Positions 10,308 through 21,821 of a DNA stretch of 64,000 nt are shown one piece after another; position 1 is the first letter of the stretch; every line of letters starts with the position of its first letter. The notes under the pieces are model-generated. The model saw nothing but the letters and a program-made list of their open reading frames with translations, made no database searches and was not told the origin of the DNA. This DNA is from Candidatus Latescibacterota bacterium (GTDB taxonomy: Bacteria; Latescibacterota; UBA2968; UBA8231). The stretch covers positions 2,976,001 to 3,040,000 of the forward strand of contig OZ241867.1 of NCBI GenBank assembly GCA_965203175.1. The letters run 5' to 3'. The position numbers were made by a program, and so were the translations under genes.

Positions 10308-10352
10308 TTGACACAGTTCCGGCAGTACTCTAATTTGAAATTTTTATTTCAA
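10308..10352 (+). promoter_or_regulatory. argR promoter with ARG-box-like palindrome
   Basis: TTGACA at 10308, -10-like TAATTT 17 nt later, then the 18-bp palindrome TTGAAAT-TTTT-ATTTCAA (10335-10352) in an AT-rich patch. Confidence 0.6.
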
Positions 10353-10368
10353 TTAAATAATAAAAATT

Positions 10369-10836
10369 ATGAGAAATAAACAGATGCGGCAGACCCGCAT
10401 ACGGGAGCTGCTCTACAGAAGGACCATTGATACGCACGAAAAATTAGCCGAGGTCCTCCAGCAACAAGGCATCGAAGTCAGCCAGTCGACCTTGTCGAAA
10501 GACTTGCGCGAAATAGGTGTGGTCCGGGTGCCCCAGGCCGATGGGGGATTTCGCTATACGCTGCCCGAAGCTGGGGCCACGTTGCGCGACCTGCATATTT
10601 TAGAGCGAGAGTTGCAGGACTTCTTGGTCCAGACCGAACAGGTGATCAACATGGTGCTGGTGCGCACTGCGTCAGGACACGCCCAAAGCGTCTGCGAGGC
10701 CATTGATCGAATTGGTTGGGCTGAGGTCGCGGGCACGCTTGCCGGTGAAAACACGATCTTTATCGTCACTCGTTCCGAGCAAGACGCGGCGAAGTTAGTC
10801 GATAAGATCAACGCGGTGTGCGGCGAGGAGAACTGA
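10369..10836 (+). CDS. argR: Arginine repressor
   Basis: RQTRIRELL, VSQSTLSKDLREIG, VRTASGHAQ, GTLAGENTIF. Confidence 0.93.
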   Translation: MRNKQMRQTRIRELLYRRTIDTHEKLAEVLQQQGIEVSQSTLSKDLREIGVVRVPQADGGFRYTLPEAGATLRDLHILERELQDFLVQTEQVINMVLVRTASGHAQSVCEAIDRIGWAEVAGTLAGENTIFIVTRSEQDAAKLVDKINAVCGEEN

Positions 10837-11723
10837 TGAACGCCGAAGTCTTGCAGGACTTGCAAGTCCAGATCGACAAAGCTGAGACCCTGATAGAGGC
10901 TCTGCCTTACCTACAGGAATTCCGCGGCAAAGTGATGGTCGTCAAATACGGCGGTAGCACTATGGGCAGCGGGGATACTGTGTACAAGGACATCGTCTTC
11001 ATGCAGGCGGTCGGCATCTGTCCGGTCGTGGTCCACGGCGGTGGCCCAGCCATCACCCGCCGCCTGCAAGAGTTGGGCATTGAGAGTCAGCGCGTAAATG
11101 GGCTGCGGGTGACGGATGCGGCGACGATGAAGGTGGTCGAGGATGTGCTCTTTGGCGAGGTCAACGCTCGGATCGTCCGCGAGATTGGCGTGCTAGACGG
11201 GCGGGCCTTGGGCGTCTCGGCCAAGGATGCCGGGATCATGCAGGTGCGCAAGCACTGGGTTCAAACCGACGGTGGAGCCATGGATATCGGCTATGTCGGC
11301 GATGTCGAGCACGTGGATACCGCGCCTTTGTTGGACTTGATAGACAAGGGCATGATCCCGGTGGTTGCGCCGATTGGCCGCGGTCCGGAGAGCGAGAGCT
11401 TCAATGTCAATGCCGATACGGCGGCTGGGGAAATCGCCGCCGCTCTACACGCTGAGAAATTAGTTTTTTTAACGGACGTACAGGGCATTATGCGCGATCT
11501 CGCAGATGATTCGTCCCTGCTATCAACCGTGCACGTCTCTGAGGTGGGCGAGTTGATTGACCAAGACGTGATCTGCGGCGGAATGATTCCCAAGGTCGAA
11601 GCCTGTGTCAAGTCCGTCAAAGCCGGCGTGCGCAAAACCCACGTCATTGACGGGCGCGTGCCGCATGCGATGTTGCTTGAGTTTTACACCCGGCAGGGTA
11701 TTGGCACCCAAATTGTCCAGTAG
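10836..11723 (+). CDS. argB: Acetylglutamate kinase
   Basis: LIEALPYLQ, KYGG, VHGGGP, GLRVTD, NVNADTAA, GGMIPKV. Confidence 0.95.
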   Translation: MNAEVLQDLQVQIDKAETLIEALPYLQEFRGKVMVVKYGGSTMGSGDTVYKDIVFMQAVGICPVVVHGGGPAITRRLQELGIESQRVNGLRVTDAATMKVVEDVLFGEVNARIVREIGVLDGRALGVSAKDAGIMQVRKHWVQTDGGAMDIGYVGDVEHVDTAPLLDLIDKGMIPVVAPIGRGPESESFNVNADTAAGEIAAALHAEKLVFLTDVQGIMRDLADDSSLLSTVHVSEVGELIDQDVICGGMIPKVEACVKSVKAGVRKTHVIDGRVPHAMLLEFYTRQGIGTQIVQ

Positions 11724-11739
11724 GACGACGGAGAAAACC

Positions 11740-12936
11740 ATGAAAACCGAAGACATTATCAAGGGCGAGGCGCAATACATTTTGCAGACCTACGGCCGGC
11801 CCGAGTTCGTACTGGAGCGGGGCAATGGGGTCTATCTCTTCGATATGGACGGCAACCGCTACCTCGATTTTGTCAGCGGCTTGGCGGTCAACGCGTTGGG
11901 CTACGGCGACTACGAGGTGCTCAAGGCCATTGAGGCACAGGCCGCCAAGCTGATGCACGTGTCCAATCTCTACCACACAATCCCCTCGGTCGAGGTGGCA
12001 AAGCGGCTAGTCGAGCACTCGTTTGCCGACCGGGTGTTCTTCTGCAACAGCGGCACCGAGGCGTGGGAGGCTTCGCTCAAGTTCTGTCGCAAGTGGGGCA
12101 ACACCACTTGCGACCAGCCCAAAAACCGCCTCATTGCCTTTGAAAATTCATTTCACGGGCGGACGTATGGCTCCATCTCGACGACCGGCCAGCCCAAGTA
12201 TCACAAGGGGTTTGAGCCTCTGCTGCCGGGCATCGACTTCGCCCAATTCAACGATTTGGCCTCGGTGGAGTCGTTGGTTACGGATCAGACTTGTGCGATT
12301 TTGGTTGAGCCGGTGCAGGCCGAGGGTGGAATCCACGCCGCGACTGCGGAATTTCTCACCGGGCTGAGGCACCTGTGCGACGAGCGGGAGATGCTGCTGG
12401 TCTTCGACGAGATCCAAGTGGGGTGCGGGCGCTTGGGTTCGCTATGGGCCCATCAACAGTACGAGGTTGAGCCGGATATTATGACCTTGGCCAAGGCCCT
12501 CGGCGGCGGCTTGCCAATCGGCGTCGCGCTCTTGCGGCAGAAGGTGGCCGACGCCATTGAGGCTGGCGATCACGCCGCGACGTTCGGTGCCAACCCCGTG
12601 GCCTGCGCCGCGGCGACCGCGGTTTTGGACAAGCTATTGGAGCCGGGTTTTATCGACGGGGTGCGCGAAAAAGGCGAACACTTGATTGATCGCCTACAAA
12701 AGCTGCAGCAGCGCTGGCCTGAGCACATCACCGGAGTTCGCGGCAAAGGGCTAATCGCCGGCGCGGTCACCAGTCAGCCGGCCGCTGACTATCTGGCCGC
12801 CTTCCGCCAGCGCGACATCTTGGTGGCCACGGCCGGAGCTGATGTGGTGCGTTTCTTGCCGCCGCTGATCGTCGAGCGGGATCGCATCGACGAAGTAGTA
12901 GATGTATTCGACGAGATTCTGCGCCAAGGTGTCTGA
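11740..12936 (+). CDS. argD: Acetylornithine aminotransferase
   Basis: YLDFVSGLAVNALG, HVSNLY, FCNSGTEA, SFHGRT, EPVQAEGG, DEIQ, AKALGGG; sits in the arg operon. Confidence 0.9.
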   Translation: MKTEDIIKGEAQYILQTYGRPEFVLERGNGVYLFDMDGNRYLDFVSGLAVNALGYGDYEVLKAIEAQAAKLMHVSNLYHTIPSVEVAKRLVEHSFADRVFFCNSGTEAWEASLKFCRKWGNTTCDQPKNRLIAFENSFHGRTYGSISTTGQPKYHKGFEPLLPGIDFAQFNDLASVESLVTDQTCAILVEPVQAEGGIHAATAEFLTGLRHLCDEREMLLVFDEIQVGCGRLGSLWAHQQYEVEPDIMTLAKALGGGLPIGVALLRQKVADAIEAGDHAATFGANPVACAAATAVLDKLLEPGFIDGVREKGEHLIDRLQKLQQRWPEHITGVRGKGLIAGAVTSQPAADYLAAFRQRDILVATAGADVVRFLPPLIVERDRIDEVVDVFDEILRQGV

Positions 12937-14321
12937 TGGCCGCGGTACAAACGCCTTGGGGTGGGCGGTTTCAGTCCGCGCCGGCCGAGCTGATGGAGCG
13001 CTTCAACGCCTCTATTGGCTTCGACCGCAAGCTATTGGAGGCCGATATTGCGGGCAGCGTGGCCTACGCCCGCGCCCTGCAGCGGGCCGGCGTCCTCAGT
13101 GCTGGGGAACTGGAGCAGATCGAAGCGGGGCTAAAGCAGGTGCAGGAAGAATTTTCAGCCCCGGACTGCGCGCTCCCCGACGCGCTTGAAGACATCCACA
13201 TGGCGGTGGAGCAGCGGCTGACCGAGCTGATTGGGCGGGTCGGAGGCAAGCTGCACACCGGGCGCAGCCGCAACGACCAAGTCAACTTAGACGAACGGCT
13301 CTACCTGCGGGGCGCGATTGCGTCGCTCCAGGCGCAGATTCGCCATCTGCAAGGCGTGCTGCTGGCGTCGGGCGAGCGGCACGGCCGCGTGGTGCTGCCC
13401 GGCTACACTCACTTACAACAAGCCCAACCGGTACTTTTCCCCCACTATGCGTTGGCGCTGTTCTGGATGTTGGAGCGCGATCTCGGACGGCTAGGGGACA
13501 CTTGGCGTCGGGCGGATTTTCTACCGTTGGGTTCTGGGGCGTTGGCTGGAAGTGCGTTTCCGCTCGACCGGACCTTTCTCGCCCGCGAACTCGGGTTCTC
13601 GCAGGTGACTCCCAATAGCCTCGACGCGGTTAGCGATCGGGATTTTCTGCTCGAGACTCTGTCCGCGCTGGCGATTCTAATGATGCACTTGAGCCGCTTC
13701 TGCGAGGATTTGATTCTCTGGTCGTCGGCCGAGTTTGGCTTTGTCGAACTCGACGATCACTTTGCCACTGGCTCTAGCATGATGCCGCAAAAGAAAAACC
13801 CGGACGCGCTGGAGTTGGTGCGTGGCAAGACCGGCCGGGTGTACGGCAGCTTGGTGGCATTGCTGACGACGATGAAAGCCGTGCCGTTGACGTACGCCAA
13901 GGATCTGCAGGAAGATAAAGAGCCGCTCTTCGATGCGCTGGAAACGTCGGCTATCTGCCTGGAGGTTTTCGCTGGTGTTTGGGAGAGCATGAAGGTGCGC
14001 GCCGAGCGGATGGAGTCCGCGGTGGATTCCACGGCCTTGGCAACGGATTTGGCCGACTATCTGGTAGGCCAAGGCATGCCTTTCCGCGAGGCCCATCGCG
14101 TCGTCGGCCGCTTGGTGCGGGACTCGCTAGAGCAAGGCCGCGCCCTCACCGACCTTAGCTTGGAAGATCTGCGCGCACACAGCGCGGATTTCGGCGAGGA
14201 CGCGCTGGGCCTGCTCGATGTGCGCCACAGCTTGGCGCGCCGTAATATAGAAGGTGGCACCGGCCCGCAGGCCGTAGCCGAACAGATGGAGAAAGCACGG
14301 CAGGTATGGGCCGGGAGCTGA
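12936..14321 (+). CDS. argH: Argininosuccinate lyase
   Basis: WGGRF, EDIH, HTGRSRNDQV, PGYTHLQQAQP, GSSMMPQKKNPD, DLQEDKE. Confidence 0.97.
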   Translation: MAAVQTPWGGRFQSAPAELMERFNASIGFDRKLLEADIAGSVAYARALQRAGVLSAGELEQIEAGLKQVQEEFSAPDCALPDALEDIHMAVEQRLTELIGRVGGKLHTGRSRNDQVNLDERLYLRGAIASLQAQIRHLQGVLLASGERHGRVVLPGYTHLQQAQPVLFPHYALALFWMLERDLGRLGDTWRRADFLPLGSGALAGSAFPLDRTFLARELGFSQVTPNSLDAVSDRDFLLETLSALAILMMHLSRFCEDLILWSSAEFGFVELDDHFATGSSMMPQKKNPDALELVRGKTGRVYGSLVALLTTMKAVPLTYAKDLQEDKEPLFDALETSAICLEVFAGVWESMKVRAERMESAVDSTALATDLADYLVGQGMPFREAHRVVGRLVRDSLEQGRALTDLSLEDLRAHSADFGEDALGLLDVRHSLARRNIEGGTGPQAVAEQMEKARQVWAGS

Positions 14322-14325
14322 CAGA

Positions 14326-15753
14326 ATGTTAGTGACGATTAAAGATATCGAATTTTACGTGCGCGAGATGCGCATGCGCATGCCGTTTAAGTTCGGCAAC
14401 GTGGTTGCTGATAGCCTGACTGCGCTGCACGTGGCCATGGATCTAGAGCTGAGCAATGGCCGGCGGGCACGGGGCTGGACTGCGGATATGCTGTCGCCTA
14501 GGTGGTTCGACAAGGACCCAAACAAGACGATGGCCGATGGCATCCGGGACTTGGTGGATGGAGCGCAAGCGGCCGCCACCGCTTATCGGGAGTCGGGTCG
14601 GGCTGGTGCGACCCCATTCGCAATATGGGAGGCAGGCTACGAGGCTGGTCGGACGTGGGGCCGAGAGCGGGGCACGAACGACCTGCTGGCGTCCAACGGC
14701 GCGGCCCTGATGGAACGTGCACTCATCGACGGTTTGGGGGTCGCGCTAGGGCAGCCCTATTTTGCGCTGTTACAGGACAATGTCCTTGGGTTGGCGCTGG
14801 GGAGGATTCACTCGGAGCTAGAGGGGTTGGAGCTTGCGGCAGTGCTGCCGGCGGCGCCAGTGCGCTCGCTGTACATCCGCCATACGGTCGGTCTGGTCGA
14901 TCCCATCCGCACGGCCGCGATTGCGCCCGAAGAGCGGTTGAACGACGGGTTGCCGCAGTCCTTGGAAGAATGCATCCAGGGCCAGGGCCTGCGCTATTTC
15001 AAGATCAAGATCGGCGGCGACTCCACTGATGATTTCGAGCGTTTAGCAGAGATCGCCTCGCTCTTGGACGAGAGCGGTACACAGTACCACATCACGCTCG
15101 ACGGCAACGAACAATACGGCGACGCGGCCGATTTGCTGGCTTTGTTGGAACGGATTGAACAGGACTTGGGGGCGTTTTACCATCGCATCCTCTATGTCGA
15201 GCAGCCCATGGACCGCGCCCTTTCCCTCAATCCCGCGCTAAAGAAAGACCTCGGGGTTTTGGCGGCGAAACGCCCCCTGCTGATCGATGAATCGGACGAA
15301 TCCGTGGATTCCTTCTACCGCGCGTTGGACTTGGGGTACAGCGGCGTTTCATCCAAGTCTTGCAAAGGGTTGGTCAAGGCGCTGGTCAACAGCGCACTCG
15401 CCTGGCAGCGCACGGCCGCGGGCCGCCCCTGTTTTGTCTCAGCCGAGGATCTGACTGTGGTGCCGGTGGTGTCGCTGCACCAAGATTTGGTGCACGTGGC
15501 GGCACTGGGGATCGAGCACGTCGAGCGCAATGGGCACCACTACGTGCGGGGGCTGGACCACTTGTCGGCTGCTGAGCGGGCGTGGTGCTTTGAGCGGCAC
15601 GGCGATCTGTACCGCTCCGAGGGCCAGAGCGGTTTTCTCGACATTCGCGACGGTCAGATCGCGGTCGGTTCCCTGCAGCGGTCTGGACTCGGGGTGGATG
15701 GCGCGGTCGATATTGAGGCCATGCAGCCGTTGGCGGAGATGCAGCGCTCGTGA
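14326..15753 (+). CDS. Uncharacterised enolase/mandelate racemase superfamily protein (paralog A)
   Basis: KxK (FKIK), LDGNEQ, YVEQP and IDESD metal-ligand motifs; N-terminal RMPFKFG capping region. Confidence 0.7.
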   Translation: MLVTIKDIEFYVREMRMRMPFKFGNVVADSLTALHVAMDLELSNGRRARGWTADMLSPRWFDKDPNKTMADGIRDLVDGAQAAATAYRESGRAGATPFAIWEAGYEAGRTWGRERGTNDLLASNGAALMERALIDGLGVALGQPYFALLQDNVLGLALGRIHSELEGLELAAVLPAAPVRSLYIRHTVGLVDPIRTAAIAPEERLNDGLPQSLEECIQGQGLRYFKIKIGGDSTDDFERLAEIASLLDESGTQYHITLDGNEQYGDAADLLALLERIEQDLGAFYHRILYVEQPMDRALSLNPALKKDLGVLAAKRPLLIDESDESVDSFYRALDLGYSGVSSKSCKGLVKALVNSALAWQRTAAGRPCFVSAEDLTVVPVVSLHQDLVHVAALGIEHVERNGHHYVRGLDHLSAAERAWCFERHGDLYRSEGQSGFLDIRDGQIAVGSLQRSGLGVDGAVDIEAMQPLAEMQRS

Positions 15754-17186
15754 GTGCCGTAGAAATAAGGCTTGAGGACGTGCGGTTTTACATGCGGAAT
15801 GTGCATACCCGCATGCCTTTCAAATACGGCGCGGCTGTGCTGACTGCCGTGCCGATCCTCCACGTGGTGGCTCACGGTGAGCTAAAAAACGGCACTCCGG
15901 TGAAAGGGGTTGCAGCCGACATTCTCCCACCTAAGTGGTTCGATAAGGACCCGGCCAAAAGTTACGAAGACAATGTCGCCGACTTGCTGTGGGCGGCGCG
16001 TGCGGCGCGGTCGGCGTACTTGGATGCGGCGCGGTCGCCCGCGTCGTTCTTTGCCATATGGCAAGCCGGTTATGCGCAGACGGTATCCGCTGGCGACGCG
16101 CACGGCCTGAATCGGTTGACGGCCGTCCACGGCAGTACGCTGATGGAGCGCGCCCTGATCGACTCGGTGGGGTGCGGTGTGGGCGCGAGTTACTTTGAGT
16201 CGCTCAAGGCCAATCTCCTAGGCTTGGATCTGGGAGCGATTCACCCCGAACTGCAAGGGGTAGATCCCTGCCAAGTGATAGGGGCTGCGCCGCTGGCGCA
16301 TTTGCACGTGCGGCACACGGTGGGATTGGCCGATCCGATTGTCCCAAGCGACATTGCGCCCGAGGAGCGGTTAGACGATGGGTTGCCGCAGTCGCTGGCC
16401 GATTGCGTCGAGCGCCAAGGGTTGACGTATTTCAAAGTCAAGGTAAACGGCGATTTGGAAGCCGACTTGGCGCGGTTGGCTGCGATTGCCGAGCTGTTGG
16501 ACGGGCGCGCCGCCGAGTACAAGGTCACGCTCGACGGCAACGAGCAATACCGTGAAATGGACGCGCTCATTGGCTTGATCGAGGCCCTTGCAGCCGAGCA
16601 GCCGCGTTTGTACGAGCGCATCCTCTACGTCGAGCAGCCCCTAGAGCGAAGCGTGGCTTTGGATGCTGCACTGGAACCGGGCATCCGGGCCGCGGCTGCG
16701 CGTCGTCCCTTGCTCATCGACGAGTCGGACGATGCGCAGGACACCTTCCGTCAGGCTTTGGCGCTGGGATACAAGGGCGTTTCGTCCAAAGCGTGCAAAG
16801 GGCTGGTCAAGGCGCTGGCCAATCTGGCGTTGGCGCGGCAGTGGGAGGGTTGTTTTCTCTCGGGCGAGGACCTGATGAACCTGCCGGTGGTGCCCCTGCA
16901 CCAAGATTTGGCGCACGTGGCGGCCTTGGGGATCGGGCACGTTGAACGCAACGGACACCACTACGTGCGGGGGTTGGATCACTTGACCGCAGACGAGCAG
17001 GCGGCCTGCTTGGCCACGCACGGACAACTCTATCGGGAGATGGACAGTGGGTTGGTGGCCTTGGATGTGCGAGAGGGAAAGATCGAGGTGGGGTCGCTGC
17101 AAGTGGCGGGTTTGGGCGTGGGTATGCCAGTGGCTGTGGATGAGATGGTGGAATTGGAGGAATGGGAATTTGCGTCGTTGGCCTGA
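15750..17186 (+). CDS. Uncharacterised enolase/mandelate racemase superfamily protein (paralog B)
   Basis: FKVK, LDGNEQ, YVEQP, IDESD, HVERNGHHYVRGLDHL shared with paralog A; GTGA overlap. Confidence 0.7.
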   Translation: MSAVEIRLEDVRFYMRNVHTRMPFKYGAAVLTAVPILHVVAHGELKNGTPVKGVAADILPPKWFDKDPAKSYEDNVADLLWAARAARSAYLDAARSPASFFAIWQAGYAQTVSAGDAHGLNRLTAVHGSTLMERALIDSVGCGVGASYFESLKANLLGLDLGAIHPELQGVDPCQVIGAAPLAHLHVRHTVGLADPIVPSDIAPEERLDDGLPQSLADCVERQGLTYFKVKVNGDLEADLARLAAIAELLDGRAAEYKVTLDGNEQYREMDALIGLIEALAAEQPRLYERILYVEQPLERSVALDAALEPGIRAAAARRPLLIDESDDAQDTFRQALALGYKGVSSKACKGLVKALANLALARQWEGCFLSGEDLMNLPVVPLHQDLAHVAALGIGHVERNGHHYVRGLDHLTADEQAACLATHGQLYREMDSGLVALDVREGKIEVGSLQVAGLGVGMPVAVDEMVELEEWEFASLA

Positions 17187-17194
17187 GCTAGGAG

Positions 17195-19584
<2,390 letters not shown>

Positions 19585-19613
19585 TTATATTTTTGGCGCG
19601 GAATGAGATAGAT

Positions 19614-20474
19614 ATGACTGCTACTTGGCGCGACTACTGGGAACTGACTAAACCGCGAATTGCCTTTTTGGTGCTGGTTACGGCCGCCTTGGGGTTTTTC
19701 TTGGGCGGGCAAGGAATCCACGCGCCGCTGCTTTTTGGCTGCCTGCTCGTCGGCACGGGCTTGACCACATGCGGCTCGTCGGTGCTCAACCACTATCTGG
19801 AGCGCGATGTCGATGGGTTGATGAAGCGCACGCGCAATCGCCCCTTGCCGACCGGCCGCGTCAAGCCGGGTACGGCTCTGTCGATGGGGTTTGTGCTGGT
19901 TCTAAGCGGCGTGTTTTTCCTGCTGTTTACCGCCGGGTTGTTGACGGCGTTTTTGGCGCTCCTATCTGCGTTTCTCTACGTGGTGGTGTACACCCCGATG
20001 AAGCGGCAAAATTGGCTCAATACCTCGCTGGGGGCCGTGCCGGGTGCCCTACCGCCCGTAGGGGGCTGGACAGCGGCGACTGGCGCGATTGATCCGGGGG
20101 CCGTGGTCCTGTTTCTCATTCTCTTTGCTTGGCAGCACCCGCACTTTTACGCCATTGCTTGGATCTTCCGCGACGACTACCGGCGCGGTGGTTTCAAGAT
20201 GTTGCCTGTCGTCGAGCCAGATGGGAACAGCACCTGCTGGCAGGTGATGGGCTACTTAGTGCTGTTGCTGATCTTTTCGGTGCTGCCTTCGTTCATGGGG
20301 CTCACCGGGCCGTTCTATCTAGCTGGGGCGCTGGTATTGGGCGCGTTGTTTCTCGCCTCCGGTCTCGCGCTTAGCTTTTCGCGCTCGGTGGCTAGTGCGC
20401 GACGGCTGCTCAAAGCTTCGGTCCTCTACCTGCCGCTACTGTTGGTGTTGAGCGTGGTGGATGCCGGATTTTAG
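19614..20474 (+). CDS. cyoE: Protoheme IX farnesyltransferase (heme O synthase)
   Basis: ELTKPRI, ERDVDGLMKRTRNRPLPTG, YTPMK, GAVPGALPP, WQHPHF, DDYRRGG. Confidence 0.93.
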   Translation: MTATWRDYWELTKPRIAFLVLVTAALGFFLGGQGIHAPLLFGCLLVGTGLTTCGSSVLNHYLERDVDGLMKRTRNRPLPTGRVKPGTALSMGFVLVLSGVFFLLFTAGLLTAFLALLSAFLYVVVYTPMKRQNWLNTSLGAVPGALPPVGGWTAATGAIDPGAVVLFLILFAWQHPHFYAIAWIFRDDYRRGGFKMLPVVEPDGNSTCWQVMGYLVLLLIFSVLPSFMGLTGPFYLAGALVLGALFLASGLALSFSRSVASARRLLKASVLYLPLLLVLSVVDAGF

Positions 20475-21044
20475 GAGTGCGGCTTGCGCCCGCTCGTACT
20501 CTTCGGGCGCGTTGAGATTGGCAAAAAGCAGGCCGCGGTCGTCGTAGGGCCGCCAATCCTTTTCTCTTACCAGATCCAAATTCAGATTGCTCAATAGGTC
20601 TCGCATGCCGAGCTGACCGGCCTGTATGGCGGCTTCTACGGCCGTTAAGCAAGACGGCTCGTAGAGCGCACAGAGCGGTTGCAGCCCTGTGGCCGCGTAG
20701 GGCACGACCGCTTGATGCAGCCCGCGCCGGTTGACGAGGTGGCGGAGGAAGTCCGGAGTGAGAAAGGGCAAGTCGCAGGCGAGGAGGAGCACGGGTGCGC
20801 CGGTTGTGCTGAGCGCAGTGTACAGGCCGCCTAGCGGCCCAAGTCCGGGACGGTGGTCGGGATGGACGGGCAGCCCGAGATGGGTATAGGCAACAGAGTC
20901 ACCGATGATGACGCGGGGATAGCCGAGGGGACGCGCCGCAGCGAGGACGCGCTCAATCAGAGTCTGGCCGCCTAGTTGCAGGAGGGCCTTGTCGCGGCCC
21001 ATGCGTCGGCTCTGGCCGCCAGCTAGCACGGCGACGTGGATCAT
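20436..21044 (-). CDS. mobA: Molybdenum cofactor guanylyltransferase MobA-like NTP transferase
   Basis: LAGGQSRRMGRDKA, GPLGGL, ACDLPF, QPLCALY, ANLNAPEE. 3' end overlaps cyoE convergently by 39 nt. Confidence 0.85.
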   Translation of the reverse strand: MIHVAVLAGGQSRRMGRDKALLQLGGQTLIERVLAAARPLGYPRVIIGDSVAYTHLGLPVHPDHRPGLGPLGGLYTALSTTGAPVLLLACDLPFLTPDFLRHLVNRRGLHQAVVPYAATGLQPLCALYEPSCLTAVEAAIQAGQLGMRDLLSNLNLDLVREKDWRPYDDRGLLFANLNAPEEYERAQAALLKSGIHHAQHQQ

Positions 21045-21805
21045 TCGGGGCGCTGGCTGGGGCGGCGATTGATCTGGGCAGCCGCGTACCCTGCGCCAAA
21101 GCCGTTGTCGATATTGACGACAACCACGCCGGCCGCACAGGAGTTGAGCATGGCCAAGAGAGCGGCGAGGCCGTGGAAACTCGCGCCGTACCCCACGCTA
21201 GTTGGCACGGCCACGACTGGAATATCCACCAGCCCGCCGACGACGCTGGCGAGCGCGCCCTCCATCCCGGCGACTACGACGATGGCCCGCGCCTGCTGCA
21301 AGAGCTCGCGGTACGCTAGGAGTCGGTGCAGACCGGCGACGCCGACATCGCAAACCTCCTCGACATGCGTGCCCATAGCGCGGGCCGTGACGACGGCTTC
21401 ACGGGCCACGGGCAAGTCCGAGGTGCCGGCTGCGACTACGGCCACTAGGCCCTCGGGCGTGGGGCGTTCGGTTCCTGGTACTAGAACCGTGCGGGCGAGA
21501 GGGTCGTGCTCGGCGCGGTCAAAGCGCTCGACGAGTGCTTGGGCCGTGGCTGTTTCGACGCGGGTGGCTAGCACCTGTGCACCATCCGCGGCTATGCGCT
21601 CGGCGATGGTCAGCACCTGCTCGCAGGTCTTGCCTTGGCCGAAAATGACTTCCGGGAACCCAGTCCGCAGGGCGCGGTGGTGATCGACATGGGCAAACCC
21701 GAGGTTTTCAAAGGGCAGGTTTCTAAGCCGCTCTAAGGCTTGACTCGGCGCGAGGTCTCCGGTGGCGACTCGCTCTAATAGATGGCGGAGTTGTTCTTGG
21801 TCCAT
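21041..21805 (-). CDS. larB: Nickel-pincer cofactor biosynthesis protein LarB (PurE-like)
   Basis: FAHVDHHRALRTGFPEVIFGQGKT, AGTSDLPVAREA, DVGVAGLHRL, AGMEGALASV, PTSVGYG, VNIDNGFGA. Confidence 0.92.
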   Translation of the reverse strand: MDQEQLRHLLERVATGDLAPSQALERLRNLPFENLGFAHVDHHRALRTGFPEVIFGQGKTCEQVLTIAERIAADGAQVLATRVETATAQALVERFDRAEHDPLARTVLVPGTERPTPEGLVAVVAAGTSDLPVAREAVVTARAMGTHVEEVCDVGVAGLHRLLAYRELLQQARAIVVVAGMEGALASVVGGLVDIPVVAVPTSVGYGASFHGLAALLAMLNSCAAGVVVVNIDNGFGAGYAAAQINRRPSQRPE

Positions 21806-21821
21806 GGCTGGGAATCTGGGA

